Positions 23,301-32,540 of a stretch of DNA of 64,000 bases are shown piece after piece. The notes under the pieces were generated by a model that worked only from the letters and a program-made list of their open reading frames with translations, was not told where the DNA came from and searched no databases. The DNA is from Fimbriimonadia bacterium. Lineage in GTDB: Bacteria; Armatimonadota; Fimbriimonadia; Fimbriimonadales; JABRVX01. Where the stretch lies: positions 64,001-128,000 of the forward strand of contig JBGPGO010000009.1 in the NCBI GenBank assembly GCA_041483895.1, written 5' to 3'. The position numbers and the translations under genes are program-made. Numbering within the stretch: the first letter of the stretch is position 1; each line of letters starts with the position of its first letter.

Positions 23301-23437
23301 GTAGCCGCGACCTCGAGTGCCGAAACCTGTCGTTCGTTTCATGGTCAATGGTCGCGTTCCATCGTATCGACTGCCTTCCATGCGACCACTGGCGGTATTG
23401 GCTTCTGGACGATGTCGGCAAACGGGGTCGCGGCTAC
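23301..23437. repeat. GTAG-type REP-like inverted pair
   Basis: GTAGCCGCGACC at 23301 and its reverse complement at 23426-23437. Confidence 0.55.
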
Positions 23438-23586
23438 CGGGGGTTGGCAGGGGACGGGGTTTCGGAGAGAGTGGGTTCGGACGGATCGGACGGATCGGGC
23501 ATTTTCGGGGAGGTGGCGGCGTGAAGAGTGAGCCCGAACGCGGCCGTTTGGTGGTCGGTGTGAATCGAAGGAAATTTCCATGCGGT

Positions 23587-23615
23587 GGCAGATTCCTCAC
23601 TCCGTTCGGAATGAC
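23587..23615. repeat. REP-like hairpin, second copy at 25454-25482
   Basis: GGCAGATTCCTC-N5-GTTCGGAATGAC at both positions. Confidence 0.6.
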
Positions 23616-23623
23616 ATGAGGCT

Positions 23624-23894
23624 GTGTTCGGGTCTTGGATATTGGCGGGCCGGGGGTATCGGAAGGAGTGAACCCGAACACATCCTTTTCGTCGTGGTCG
23701 GGTCTTGGGTGTTGGCGGTCCAGGGGTATCGGAAGGAGTGAACCCGAACACATCCTCTACGTCGTGTTCGGGTCTTGGATATTGGCGGGCCGGGGGTATC
23801 GGAAGGAGTGAACCCGAACACATCCTTTTCGTCGTGTTCGGGTCTTGGATATTGGCGGTCCGGGGGTATCGGAATGAGTGAACCCGAACACATC
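23624..23894. repeat. Tandem array of four 70-bp palindromic units
   Basis: Units start at 23624, 23694, 23764, 23834; each bounded by GTGTTCGGGT...ACCCGAACAC; last unit truncated. Confidence 0.95.
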
Positions 23895-23957
23895 GTTCTT
23901 GGGGTGGAGCTGAGCTGATCCTTGGCCTTGTTGCGGGTGGGGCGAACGGCCTAATAG

Positions 23958-23988
23958 GTTGACATTCGTCTACTGCTTATGGTACAAT
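23958..23988 (+). promoter_or_regulatory. mrr promoter with overlapping palindromic operator
   Basis: TTGACA-N18-TACAAT with extended TG; GTTGAC-ATTC-GTCTAC overlaps the -35. Confidence 0.65.
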
Positions 23989-24060
23989 ACGTTTTTTCTA
24001 ATGGTCCTTGACGGCGTTCTGATTTGAGCCTGGAATTCTTCAACTTGGAGGGAAGATGCG

Positions 24061-24948
24061 ATGCCTCGTGACGGGGGATACAATTGTGATGACAGCGATA
24101 GGGTGAGCGGCCTGGAACATGATTCGGCGGCTGCGGAGTGCGCGTGCCGCAGTGTCCTCCCGCCGACGAATCACGCGAATAGGGTTGCCGAATCCATTCC
24201 GGGGATCAAGGCCATCTTGCTTCCCACGCTCCAAGCGGTCGCCCGAGGCATGGATGCTAGGGTGCAGTCGATGGTTGGGTATTGCGCGCAGAGGCTGGGT
24301 CTCGTTCCGGCGCAACTGAGAGTACGCGCCGCGAATGGGCGACCGACCTTCGCCGCTCGCGTTTACTGGGCGCTGACGCAATTGAAGTCCGCCCGGCTGG
24401 TCGTCAATTCCGGCCGCGGGATATGGAATGTTACGGAATCCGGACGCTGGCTGCTGGCGAGCGAACCGGCAGAGGTGAATGTCTGCGCTATGAAGCGGAG
24501 TCCGGAGCCAACCGCTATCGATGTCGAGGCGGCGCAGTTGCTCCGCCAGTTGGAAGGCACGACACCGGTCGAATTCGAATCAATCCTGATGAAGCTGTTG
24601 GCCCGGATGGGATATGGGCGCCACCATCCCGGCTCCGCAACGCTTACGAGCAGAACTCACGACAGGGGGGTTGACATTCGAATCAGGCAGGATTGGCTTG
24701 GGTTCAACGAAATCTGCGTTCAGGCGAAACGATGGAAAGCGCAGAACGTAGGGCGCGTGGATATCCAGTCCTTTGTGGGAGCGCTGACTGGCGAACGAGT
24801 GACCAAGGGCATCGTTATTACGACCTCTGGATTCACGAAGGGCGCCCGGGAGTATGCGCGCCTTCTGCGGGATATTCACCTGATTCTCATCGATGGTTTG
24901 ATGCTGGCGAGGCTGATGCTCAATGTCGGTCATGAGACTTATCTGTAG
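24061..24948 (+). CDS. mrr: Mrr-type (type IV) restriction endonuclease
   Basis: Mrr N-terminal winged helix (RVYWALTQLKSA); FESIL...GYG, DRGVD, VQAKRW, GIVITTSGFT, LIDG. Confidence 0.88.
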   Translation: MPRDGGYNCDDSDRVSGLEHDSAAAECACRSVLPPTNHANRVAESIPGIKAILLPTLQAVARGMDARVQSMVGYCAQRLGLVPAQLRVRAANGRPTFAARVYWALTQLKSARLVVNSGRGIWNVTESGRWLLASEPAEVNVCAMKRSPEPTAIDVEAAQLLRQLEGTTPVEFESILMKLLARMGYGRHHPGSATLTSRTHDRGVDIRIRQDWLGFNEICVQAKRWKAQNVGRVDIQSFVGALTGERVTKGIVITTSGFTKGAREYARLLRDIHLILIDGLMLARLMLNVGHETYL

Positions 24949-24972
24949 GTTCGCGTCAGGTAATCTGGGAAA

Positions 24973-25440
24973 ATGATCAGCACCGCGAAAACGGTTCAGG
25001 AATATCTCGACGGGTTGCCGCCGGATCGGCGCAAAGAGATTGATATCGTCCGGAAAGTGATAAAGAAGAATCTTCCCAAGGGCTATGAGGAGGGTGTACA
25101 GTACGGAATGATCGGCTACTACGTCCCGCACTCTCTGTATCCGGCCGGTTATCACTGCGATCCCAAGCAGCCGATTGGTTACATCGCGCTGGGTTCGCAG
25201 AAGAACTATATGGTCATCCATCTGATGTGTGTTTACGGCGAGTCGCCTTTGTCGAAGTGGTTTCAGGAAGCCTACAAAGCGAGCGGCAAGAAGCTGGACA
25301 TGGGCAAGGCGTGCGTGCGATTCAAGTGCGCCGAGGACCTTGCGCTGGATGTGATTGGCAAGGTGATTTCCAAGGTTCCGCCGGAGACAATGATCGCCAA
25401 GAATGAAGAGGCGCGGCAAAGAAAAAGCCGGAAGCAATGA
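24973..25440 (+). CDS. DUF1801 family protein
   Basis: TVQEYLDGLP, YGMIGYYVPHSLYPAGYHC, LDMGKACVRF. Confidence 0.85.
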   Translation: MISTAKTVQEYLDGLPPDRRKEIDIVRKVIKKNLPKGYEEGVQYGMIGYYVPHSLYPAGYHCDPKQPIGYIALGSQKNYMVIHLMCVYGESPLSKWFQEAYKASGKKLDMGKACVRFKCAEDLALDVIGKVISKVPPETMIAKNEEARQRKSRKQ

Positions 25441-25535
25441 GTTAGGGTTCGAGGGCAGATTCCTCTCTTCGTTCGGAATGACGCTACTGGAGGCTCCCGG
25501 CAGGAGCGGCCCGCGAAATCGAGTAAACTGGCCCC

Positions 25536-25811
25536 ATGACTGTGACGCAAAGAGAGACAATTCGCAGGGTAACGGAGCGCCACCGGGTTCGCCGCGTGCG
25601 GTTGTTTGGTTCCCACGCAAAGCAATCGCAGACGCTGGTCAGCGATCTGGACCTATTGGTCGATCTTGGACCTGAGAGAACATTGTTGGACATCGTGGCG
25701 CTCAAGCAGGACCTTGATGAGGCTTTGCAGATGCAGGTTGATGTGGTGACGGAGCAGGCTCTTTCCCCATACATCCGGGATCAGGTCCTGCGCGAAGCAA
25801 TCGACTTATGA
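25536..25811 (+). CDS. Minimal nucleotidyltransferase (MNT) antitoxin
   Basis: GS-X10-DLD motif (FGSHAKQSQTLVSDLD). Confidence 0.88.
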   Translation: MTVTQRETIRRVTERHRVRRVRLFGSHAKQSQTLVSDLDLLVDLGPERTLLDIVALKQDLDEALQMQVDVVTEQALSPYIRDQVLREAIDL

Positions 25812-26143
25812 GCTCCGACGCCGCATATTTGCAACATATTCTTGATGCAATCACCGCAATCGAAACCTATTCCAGCACTGGCCGTAATCAATTCGAGGCT
25901 TCAAAGATGGAACAAGATGCGATTATTCGGAACTTTGAGATCATCGGCGAAGCTACGAAGAAGCTCAATCGCACGCTGACTGCGCTTCAACCTTCCATCC
26001 CTTGGAAACAGATTGCAGGCATGCGCGATCTGTTGATTCACAATTATATGGGCGTCGATCTCGAAGCGGTCTGGAACGGCATCGTGCGCGACCTTCCGCC
26101 ATTGAAAGTAGCGGTTCGAAAAATGCTGGCGTCGCTTGACTAA
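25808..26143 (+). CDS. HEPN / DUF86 (HepT-like) toxin
   Basis: RNFEIIGEA, PWKQIAGMRDLLIHNY (RX4HXY); overlaps the MNT stop. Confidence 0.9.
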   Translation: MSSDAAYLQHILDAITAIETYSSTGRNQFEASKMEQDAIIRNFEIIGEATKKLNRTLTALQPSIPWKQIAGMRDLLIHNYMGVDLEAVWNGIVRDLPPLKVAVRKMLASLD

Positions 26144-26247
26144 CAATTGCCGTCTCGCGTGCCCAGAGTGGTTGCCGATCATACGCGGGCATTTGTGGTT
26201 GACAATTCCATGGATATCGGCAAGACGGCCCGCGTCTACTGGGGTAC

Positions 26248-27009
26248 TTAATTTGGATTCCAGCCCTGGAAGGAGCCGGAGACGGAGATGCCGTGGTCGT
26301 CGAACAGCAACACATCCAGGCCGATCGGGAAAAGCGATTTCTGGAACTCGTAGTTGGCGATCTGCGCGACCTGGGAGATGAGCGATTCCGCTGAGTTGGG
26401 AATCAGATAGACAAAGTCCCGGCATGGCAGCACCGTATACACCGGAAATCCCATCTCCTCCTTTATCCGTTTCAGCATCGCGCCGGCAAACACAAACGAC
26501 GCCTTGAGAATCGGATCCGCACCGATGGTATACAGTTTGTGCCCCTCCACCATCTCATGCCCGATCTCCGCCTGCGCCGATTTTGCGTTCAAGTTGCCCG
26601 CCGCCTCTCGGAACAAATCTTTCGTCGTCACGCCCCACTTTTCGCACAACTGGGGCGTCACCCAACTGACATACCCATGTTTCGGAAAAACATAGGACGG
26701 CACCAGCTTAATCATCCCGCAGATGTCCTCATGCTCGATGCCGGTTATTTTCATCCCTTTTCCCTCGACCGTCCATACAATGCCCGGCCGCGCTTCCTCC
26801 CATGTCGAAGGCATCACTGGCGCATCTGCCATCACGCCGGCCAGGAACTGATCGAGAAAGGCGGGATCGTCCGACATAGACTTGGAGCGCACATACATCG
26901 TGAAGGTTATATCTTTGTAGGTCGCCACCAGCCTGCCCGGCGCGATGCCGACGAGTGAGCAGTCGTTACGCTCAAACGCGTTGAAAATAGCCTGTTCCGT
27001 TGCATTCAT
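26248..27009 (-). CDS. Hypothetical protein, DUF1444-like
   Basis: EKWGVTTKDLFREAAGNL, VLPCRDFVYLI; start uncertain (27009 or 27024). Confidence 0.55.
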   Translation of the reverse strand: MNATEQAIFNAFERNDCSLVGIAPGRLVATYKDITFTMYVRSKSMSDDPAFLDQFLAGVMADAPVMPSTWEEARPGIVWTVEGKGMKITGIEHEDICGMIKLVPSYVFPKHGYVSWVTPQLCEKWGVTTKDLFREAAGNLNAKSAQAEIGHEMVEGHKLYTIGADPILKASFVFAGAMLKRIKEEMGFPVYTVLPCRDFVYLIPNSAESLISQVAQIANYEFQKSLFPIGLDVLLFDDHGISVSGSFQGWNPN

Positions 27010-27243
27010 TCTAACCGCGATCATATCACAACGTTGTGAAAACGGGCCTACATTTCCGGCTGAATCCCCATTTGAATACAGGCCGGCGCTCCCAGAATGC
27101 GGTTGGGTCGGACAAATTCCCACGTTAGGATCAGATAAAAATACTTGCCATCTTGGCAAATCAGCGATATGATGTAGCTCGTTTGATTGTTGACTATTGC
27201 TCCTGGATGAAATCGCTAGTTAGCTAGATTGAAAGGAAGAATC

Positions 27244-27771
27244 ATGAGACATCGATCTTTGCACCTAGCCCTTTCGCTTGCCTTCGGCGCGTTTGCCGGG
27301 GCGGTCCACGCTACGCTCTTCACTGCGAGCATGGACGGACTACAGGAAAACCCTCCGACTGGTTCGCCGGCGGTGGGATACCTTACCGGGTCCCTCACTG
27401 GTGGTCCCGGAAGCTGGGTCTTCACCTACTCCTATAGCTACTCCGGATTGACCATCGGCGCGACGGCGGGGCACATCCATAACGCTCCCGTCGGCGTGAA
27501 TGGCGGGGTGAAGCATCCCTTGGACATTCAGCCGACCGGAACTTCCGGCGGGCCGTTTCCGGGAGACTGGCGCTTCGACGACGGCACCGGTCCGTTGTCG
27601 GACTTTCTCGCATCCGAGATGTTGATCGAGAGGACCTACGTTAACATCCATACGTCAAATTTCCCCGGCGGGGAGATTCGCGGACAACTGAGAGTCGTGC
27701 CCGAACCGAGCACGGTCGTTGCCCTATTGACCGGTGTTGGCGCGCTCTTTGCGAGGCGAAGAAAGTCCTGA
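27244..27771 (+). CDS. CHRD-domain PEP-CTERM protein
   Basis: Signal peptide; GLQENPP, GHIH, YVNIHTSNFPGGEIRGQL; VPEP-TM-RRRK sorting signal. Confidence 0.9.
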   Translation: MRHRSLHLALSLAFGAFAGAVHATLFTASMDGLQENPPTGSPAVGYLTGSLTGGPGSWVFTYSYSYSGLTIGATAGHIHNAPVGVNGGVKHPLDIQPTGTSGGPFPGDWRFDDGTGPLSDFLASEMLIERTYVNIHTSNFPGGEIRGQLRVVPEPSTVVALLTGVGALFARRRKS

Positions 27772-27898
27772 TATAGCATCTGGTGAGAGGCTTCCAGGGC
27801 GGGGGAAGCCTCTACATTTGTGTACTAGTGTATTTTTTGGACCTGATCCTGGCTCTATGCGGTTACGGCATTTGGCAGTAAACTAAAGGGGGCAGACA

Positions 27899-28672
27899 AT
27901 GAAATCGGTCTTTATATATCTCCTCCCATTGATGGCGGCGGGGGGAGCTTTCGCTGCGACGGTCGATGTCCACATAGTGTCCAACAACTACTCACCACAG
28001 CATGTCACAATCAATCAGGGAGACAGTGTCCGCTGGATCAACGACGACATTGCGATCCATACGGCGACCAGCGGCACCGGTTACGTGCCAGACGGTGTAT
28101 TCGATACCGGTAACCTGGCACACAACGAGACATCCACCATACCATTCAACACGCCGGGCACCTATTTCTACTTCTGTATCCTGCACGAGGCGTTGATGGT
28201 GTTTGGGAACGACTACAGCGTTATCGTCAATGCGCCGAACTCGTCACTGAGCGGCAACATCGAACTCGATGGTTACTCGGCCGATCCGACTGGGCTGACC
28301 GCGACCCTGGAGTTTCGAACTCCAAGCACGACCAACGTGATCCACAGCTACCCGATCACTTTGAACGGTTCGTCCAACTACTCGGTCGCATCAGTGGTGG
28401 CGGGGACCTGGGATGTGGCAGTCAAATTCTCCCATTGGCTCCGCAACAAGGTCACATCCAAGGTGATCGTGGCCGGCGCGAATACGGTCGATATTTCGCA
28501 GCTCAACGGCGATGGAGACATGGATAACGCCGTGACGCTCGGTGATCTAAACTCTATCTTCATCAATTTCGCCGCACCCGATCCGGATAATGATCTGGAC
28601 GGGAGCGGCCAAGTAGACCTACCGGATTTGAACATTGTGTTCATCAATTTTGGCCAGGCCGGCGTGAGTTAG
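27899..28672 (+). CDS. Cupredoxin (type 1 copper) with dockerin-like tail, copy 1
   Basis: GDSVRW, HTAT, YFCILHEALM (His/Cys/His/Met ligands); tail KFSHWLR...NGDGDMDN. Confidence 0.88.
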   Translation: MKSVFIYLLPLMAAGGAFAATVDVHIVSNNYSPQHVTINQGDSVRWINDDIAIHTATSGTGYVPDGVFDTGNLAHNETSTIPFNTPGTYFYFCILHEALMVFGNDYSVIVNAPNSSLSGNIELDGYSADPTGLTATLEFRTPSTTNVIHSYPITLNGSSNYSVASVVAGTWDVAVKFSHWLRNKVTSKVIVAGANTVDISQLNGDGDMDNAVTLGDLNSIFINFAAPDPDNDLDGSGQVDLPDLNIVFINFGQAGVS

Positions 28673-28689
28673 TCCTACTCCTTTATGCA

Positions 28690-28806
28690 ATGCGGGAGGG
28701 CCGGCGGATCATCCGTGGGCAAATGAACGTCGTGCCCGAACCAGGCGCGGTCGTTGCCCTATTGACCGGTGTTGGCGCGCTGATCGTGAGGCGGAGAAAG
28801 GCCTGA
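28690..28806 (+). pseudogene. Orphan 3' fragment of the CHRD PEP-CTERM gene
   Basis: MREGRRIIRGQMNVVPEPGAVVALLTGVGALIVRRRKA*, nucleotide-similar to about 27670-27771. Confidence 0.75.
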
Positions 28807-28933
28807 TTCCGCACGTGGTAGGAAGCTTCCAGGGCGGGGGAAGCCTCTTCATTTGTATACTGGTGTATTTTTTGGCACCGATCCTGCCTCTGTCTGGTTA
28901 CGGCATTTGGCAGTAAACAAAAGGGGGCGGACA

Positions 28934-29707
28934 ATGAAATCGGTCTTTATATATCTCCTCTCATTGATGTCGGCGGGGGGAGCTTTCGGCGCGACGGTCG
29001 ATGTTCACATTTCTGGCTTCAACTTCTCGCCGCAACATGTTACGATCAATCAGGGAGACAGCGTCCGGTGGATCAACGACGACATCATTATCCACACGGC
29101 GACCAGCGGCACCGGATTTTTGCCGGATGGCGTGTTCAATTCCGGAAACCTTAGCCACAGTGGAACATTCACGAAGATGTTCAACACAGCAGGCACATTC
29201 TTCTATTATTGCGGCATTCACACAACGATGATGGCGCACGGCAATGATTACAGTGTCATCGTCCAGGCGCCCAACTCTTCCCTTAGCGGCAACATCGATC
29301 TGGACAGCTATGTTGCGAGCCCAAATGGGTTGACGGCCACGCTGGAATTTCGGACGCCGAGCACTACAACCGTGGTGCACAGCTACTCGATCACGCTCAA
29401 TGCTTCTTCCAACTACTCGGTTGCAAGCGTCGCGGCCGGTACGTGGGATGTGGCGGTCAAGTTCTCTCATTGGCTCCGCAACAAGGTCTCATCAAAGGTG
29501 ATAGCTGCCGGCGCGAACACAGTCGATATTTTTCTGCTCAACGGCGATGGAGACATGGATAACTCCGTCACAATTAGCGATCTCAATTCCTTATTCATTA
29601 ACTTTACTACGGCCGATCCCGATAACGATCTGGACGGAAGCGGGCAAGTGGACCTACCGGATTTGAATGTGGTCTTCATCAATTTCGGGCAGTCTGGCGT
29701 GGCGTAG
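28934..29707 (+). CDS. Cupredoxin with dockerin-like tail, copy 2
   Basis: 257 aa like copy 1; HTAT, YYCGIHTTMM. Confidence 0.88.
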   Translation: MKSVFIYLLSLMSAGGAFGATVDVHISGFNFSPQHVTINQGDSVRWINDDIIIHTATSGTGFLPDGVFNSGNLSHSGTFTKMFNTAGTFFYYCGIHTTMMAHGNDYSVIVQAPNSSLSGNIDLDSYVASPNGLTATLEFRTPSTTTVVHSYSITLNASSNYSVASVAAGTWDVAVKFSHWLRNKVSSKVIAAGANTVDIFLLNGDGDMDNSVTISDLNSLFINFTTADPDNDLDGSGQVDLPDLNVVFINFGQSGVA

Positions 29708-29717
29708 GTTGCTGTTC

Positions 29718-29857
29718 TGTGCCGTGGTCTTAGGGCGTCGGTGATTTCACAGTTGCCGGCGTGCGAGGACCACGGCACAACGGGGTGGTTACTACGTGCC
29801 GTGGTCTTAGCTGGTCGATGATTTCACAGTTGCCGGCATGCGAGGACCACGGCACAA
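29718..29857. repeat. Two direct copies of a REP-like hairpin
   Basis: GTGCCGTGGTCTT...GAGGACCACGGCAC, period 77 bp, between convergent genes. Confidence 0.85.
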
Positions 29858-29867
29858 CCGGTTGATC

Positions 29868-31064
29868 CTATGTCGGCGAGACAAGCTTCTTGATCAGTTG
29901 GTGGCCTTCCGGAACATATGGCACCTTTTCTTCCAACGCCCGTTCGTCGAAGGGGATGATGTTCGGCTCCCGCGCCAAGGAATCGAAAAGCAGATAGGGG
30001 ACCGGGCCGGGGGCGTGGGTGCCGAGCTCGACCGGCGTCGCGTGATCGGGGACGATCAGCATCCGGAACCGCTCGCCGCGAAGCCCGTCCAGCAACGTCC
30101 CCACCACTTTTTCATCGATCTGCTCGATGGCGTAAATTTTCTCCGGAAAATCCTTATGATGCCCCGCCTCGTCCGGCGCTTCGATATGGATGTACACAAA
30201 ATCGTGGGTCTCCAATAACTCCAATGCCGCCCGCGCTTTCGCCGCATAGTCGGTATTGACGTAGCCCGTCGCCCCCGGCACGTTTGCCACGGTCATCCCC
30301 TGCAACGCCCCAAGACCTTTGATCAGATCCACCGCCGCGACCACCGCCCCGCTGACGCCCCAGGTCAGATCGAAATTGGGCAGCAGCGGCGCGCGGCTCT
30401 GCCCCCACGGCCAGATCATGTTCCCCGGCATCATCCCTTCTTCCAACCGTTGGCGATTGATCGGATGGTCCATCAAAAGATTGATCGAATCGTCGATCAG
30501 CCGCCGCAGAACCTGGTCCCCATCGCCCTGCGGCAATATCGGCCGGAACGGTTCCCCCACATGATCGTGCGGCGGTTCTGTGTGGAGGTCGAGCGGCCCA
30601 TCCTCCCAAACCAAGACATGCCGATAGCCAATCCCCGGATGGAACCGCAACGATCGAGTCCCCAGCTTCTCCGCGATCAGCTGCATCAGAGGCTGGGAAT
30701 GCGCGTCGGGGATGTTGCCGGCGCTGTGGTCCAAAATCCGCTCGCCGTCAGTGGAGATGAGCGAGCAGCGGAAGGCCAGATCCGTCGGTCCCAAATGGAT
30801 TCCCAGCGCGGCGGCTTCCAGGGGGCCCCGGCCGGTCGGATGCTCTCGCGGATCGATGCCCATAAGCGACATGTTGGCGACATCGCTGCCCGGATACATC
30901 CCTTCCGGGACGGTCAATACGATCCCAACCTCGCCGGTTGCGGCCAATCGATCCCAGTTTGGAGTTCGGGCGGCCTGCCACGGCGTCTTGCCGTCCAACT
31001 CCAAAATAGGGCGGTCCGACATCCCATCCGGCACAACAACTATGGTTTTGACGTGTTCTTCCAT
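29868..31064 (-). CDS. apgM: Cofactor-independent phosphoglycerate mutase (ApgM type)
   Basis: PDGMSD, GSDVAN, GRGPLEA, HIEAPDEAGH, PDHATP. Confidence 0.9.
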   Translation of the reverse strand: MEEHVKTIVVVPDGMSDRPILELDGKTPWQAARTPNWDRLAATGEVGIVLTVPEGMYPGSDVANMSLMGIDPREHPTGRGPLEAAALGIHLGPTDLAFRCSLISTDGERILDHSAGNIPDAHSQPLMQLIAEKLGTRSLRFHPGIGYRHVLVWEDGPLDLHTEPPHDHVGEPFRPILPQGDGDQVLRRLIDDSINLLMDHPINRQRLEEGMMPGNMIWPWGQSRAPLLPNFDLTWGVSGAVVAAVDLIKGLGALQGMTVANVPGATGYVNTDYAAKARAALELLETHDFVYIHIEAPDEAGHHKDFPEKIYAIEQIDEKVVGTLLDGLRGERFRMLIVPDHATPVELGTHAPGPVPYLLFDSLAREPNIIPFDERALEEKVPYVPEGHQLIKKLVSPT

Positions 31065-31119
31065 GAACCCCTGGTATCTCCCGAATAATCCCAGCACAAT
31101 CCACAGGCGTTAGGACCTG

Positions 31120-31306
31120 TTGACAACGGGCCGCACTCTTGGTACAATCTATGACTAAGTATGACCCAGATGCGCCTGATACATTCATATCGGTGGCGGA
31201 CCGGCTCTTGGTTCGCCACACGCAGATTGTCCCAACGCGGGGCCGTTTTCCCCGCGACTGTGTCAGTCTGCCCGTGTGTGAGATGCGCACCGGGCAGTTT
31301 TCTTTT
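31120..31306 (+). promoter_or_regulatory. Sigma70 promoter plus structured leader ending in a terminator-like hairpin
   Basis: TTGACA-N17-TACAAT; hairpins 31193-31219, 31236-31256; CTGCCC...GGGCAG-TTTTCTTTT at 31268-31306. Confidence 0.6.
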
Positions 31307-31321
31307 GCGGAGGATCGGCGA

Positions 31322-31855
31322 ATGACCGGAACAGACGTTCTCTTGCTCAACAACAATTACGAGCCGCTGAACGTGTGCTCCTTTGTGCGCGCCTACACAT
31401 TGTTGTTGCTCGGCAAGGCGGAGATCGCGCATCGGGATGGGGTCACGATCCACACCGTCTCCGGTCCTTTGATCGCGCCTTCCGTCCTGCGCATGCGCTA
31501 CCACGTCAAGCGTCCCATGCCGCAGCTCAAGCTGTGCCGTCAGACCGTTCTCGCCCGGGACCACCACACTTGCCAGTATTGCGGCCGCCAGGGCAGGGAC
31601 CTAACCATCGATCATGTTGTGCCGCGCCGGCATGGCGGTCCGCATTCCTGGGACAACCTTGTCGCCTGTTGCCGCAAGTGCAACCTGAAGAAGGCGGACA
31701 AGCTGGCGCACCATGCCAACATGAAGCTGATCCGGTCGCCTCGGCGTCCATCCTACGTGCCATATATCAGCCTGGCCAAATACATGAAGGCTCGTGGCAA
31801 TGAGACTTGGCGCATCTACCTTCCGGTTTTCGAAGACTTCGCGCTCCCCGCGTAA
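31322..31855 (+). CDS. HNH endonuclease
   Basis: [52 protein letters not shown]. Confidence 0.92.
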   Translation: MTGTDVLLLNNNYEPLNVCSFVRAYTLLLLGKAEIAHRDGVTIHTVSGPLIAPSVLRMRYHVKRPMPQLKLCRQTVLARDHHTCQYCGRQGRDLTIDHVVPRRHGGPHSWDNLVACCRKCNLKKADKLAHHANMKLIRSPRRPSYVPYISLAKYMKARGNETWRIYLPVFEDFALPA

Positions 31856-31972
31856 CGCTGCCTTCCAGGCGGCATTGGGTCAAGGTGCTGGCAGGATGCC
31901 AGCGCTCCCGAAGACAATGCCGGCAAGATGCCGGCGTTACGTTTGGTTTTGCCGCCTGGAAGGCGGAGTTGC
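31852..31972. repeat. REP-like cluster (GTAACGCTGCCTTCCAGGCGGCA family)
   Basis: Inverted outer copies enclosing TGCYGGCARGATGCCRGCG hairpins. Confidence 0.75.
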
Positions 31973-31991
31973 GTGGGGTAAAATCGGTCTG

Positions 31992-32540
31992 ATGGCTTCC
32001 AAAACGAAACATGGCCAGCAGGCCGATCCTCCGGTTGCCGATCCCTCCCCCATCGCCGAGCTGGAATTGCGGTTAGAAGAGGCAATTCGGGAACGGGACG
32101 CGGCAAAGGATCAGGCCTTGCGGACCCTGGCGGATTTCCAGAATTTCAAAAAGCGCCAATCGCAGGACAGGATTCAGGCGCGAGCGGACGGGATTGAGGA
32201 ATTTCTGCTCCACCTGATGCCGGTCCTCGATAACTTCGAGCGCGCCATCGCCGCGGTGGAACAGGCCAGCGATGTGAAGGCGGTCGTGGGTGGTATCAGC
32301 CTCATCCAGCGCCAATTCGAAGCCGCCATGGACCAGGTAGGAATCAAACCGATCGAGGCGGTCGGCAAGCAGTTCGATCCGAACACGCACGAGGCGCTGC
32401 TGGTTACGGAAACGGAGGACTATCCGCCGGAACAGGTGTTGGAAGAGCTTTCCCGCGGATACACCCTGAACGGCAAGGTGATTCGCCCCAGCCGTGTCCG
32501 AGTCGCGAAGGCGCCAACCACTCCTGAGAGCGATGAATAA
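31992..32540 (+). CDS. grpE: Nucleotide exchange factor GrpE
   Basis: [48 protein letters not shown]. Confidence 0.95.
   Translation: MASKTKHGQQADPPVADPSPIAELELRLEEAIRERDAAKDQALRTLADFQNFKKRQSQDRIQARADGIEEFLLHLMPVLDNFERAIAAVEQASDVKAVVGGISLIQRQFEAAMDQVGIKPIEAVGKQFDPNTHEALLVTETEDYPPEQVLEELSRGYTLNGKVIRPSRVRVAKAPTTPESDE

Noticed and set aside
22947..23893. Minus-strand ORFs of 268, 129 and 98 aa
   Set aside because: They are translations of the 70-bp repeat and REP motifs, and one overlaps hicBA in antisense
23624..23894. CRISPR array
   Set aside because: Units are near-identical along their whole length with no unique spacers, and no cas genes are in the window
31322..31855. IscB/Cas9-like RNA-guided nuclease
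   Set aside because: Only 177 aa, with no RuvC motifs, bridge helix or PLMP N-terminus
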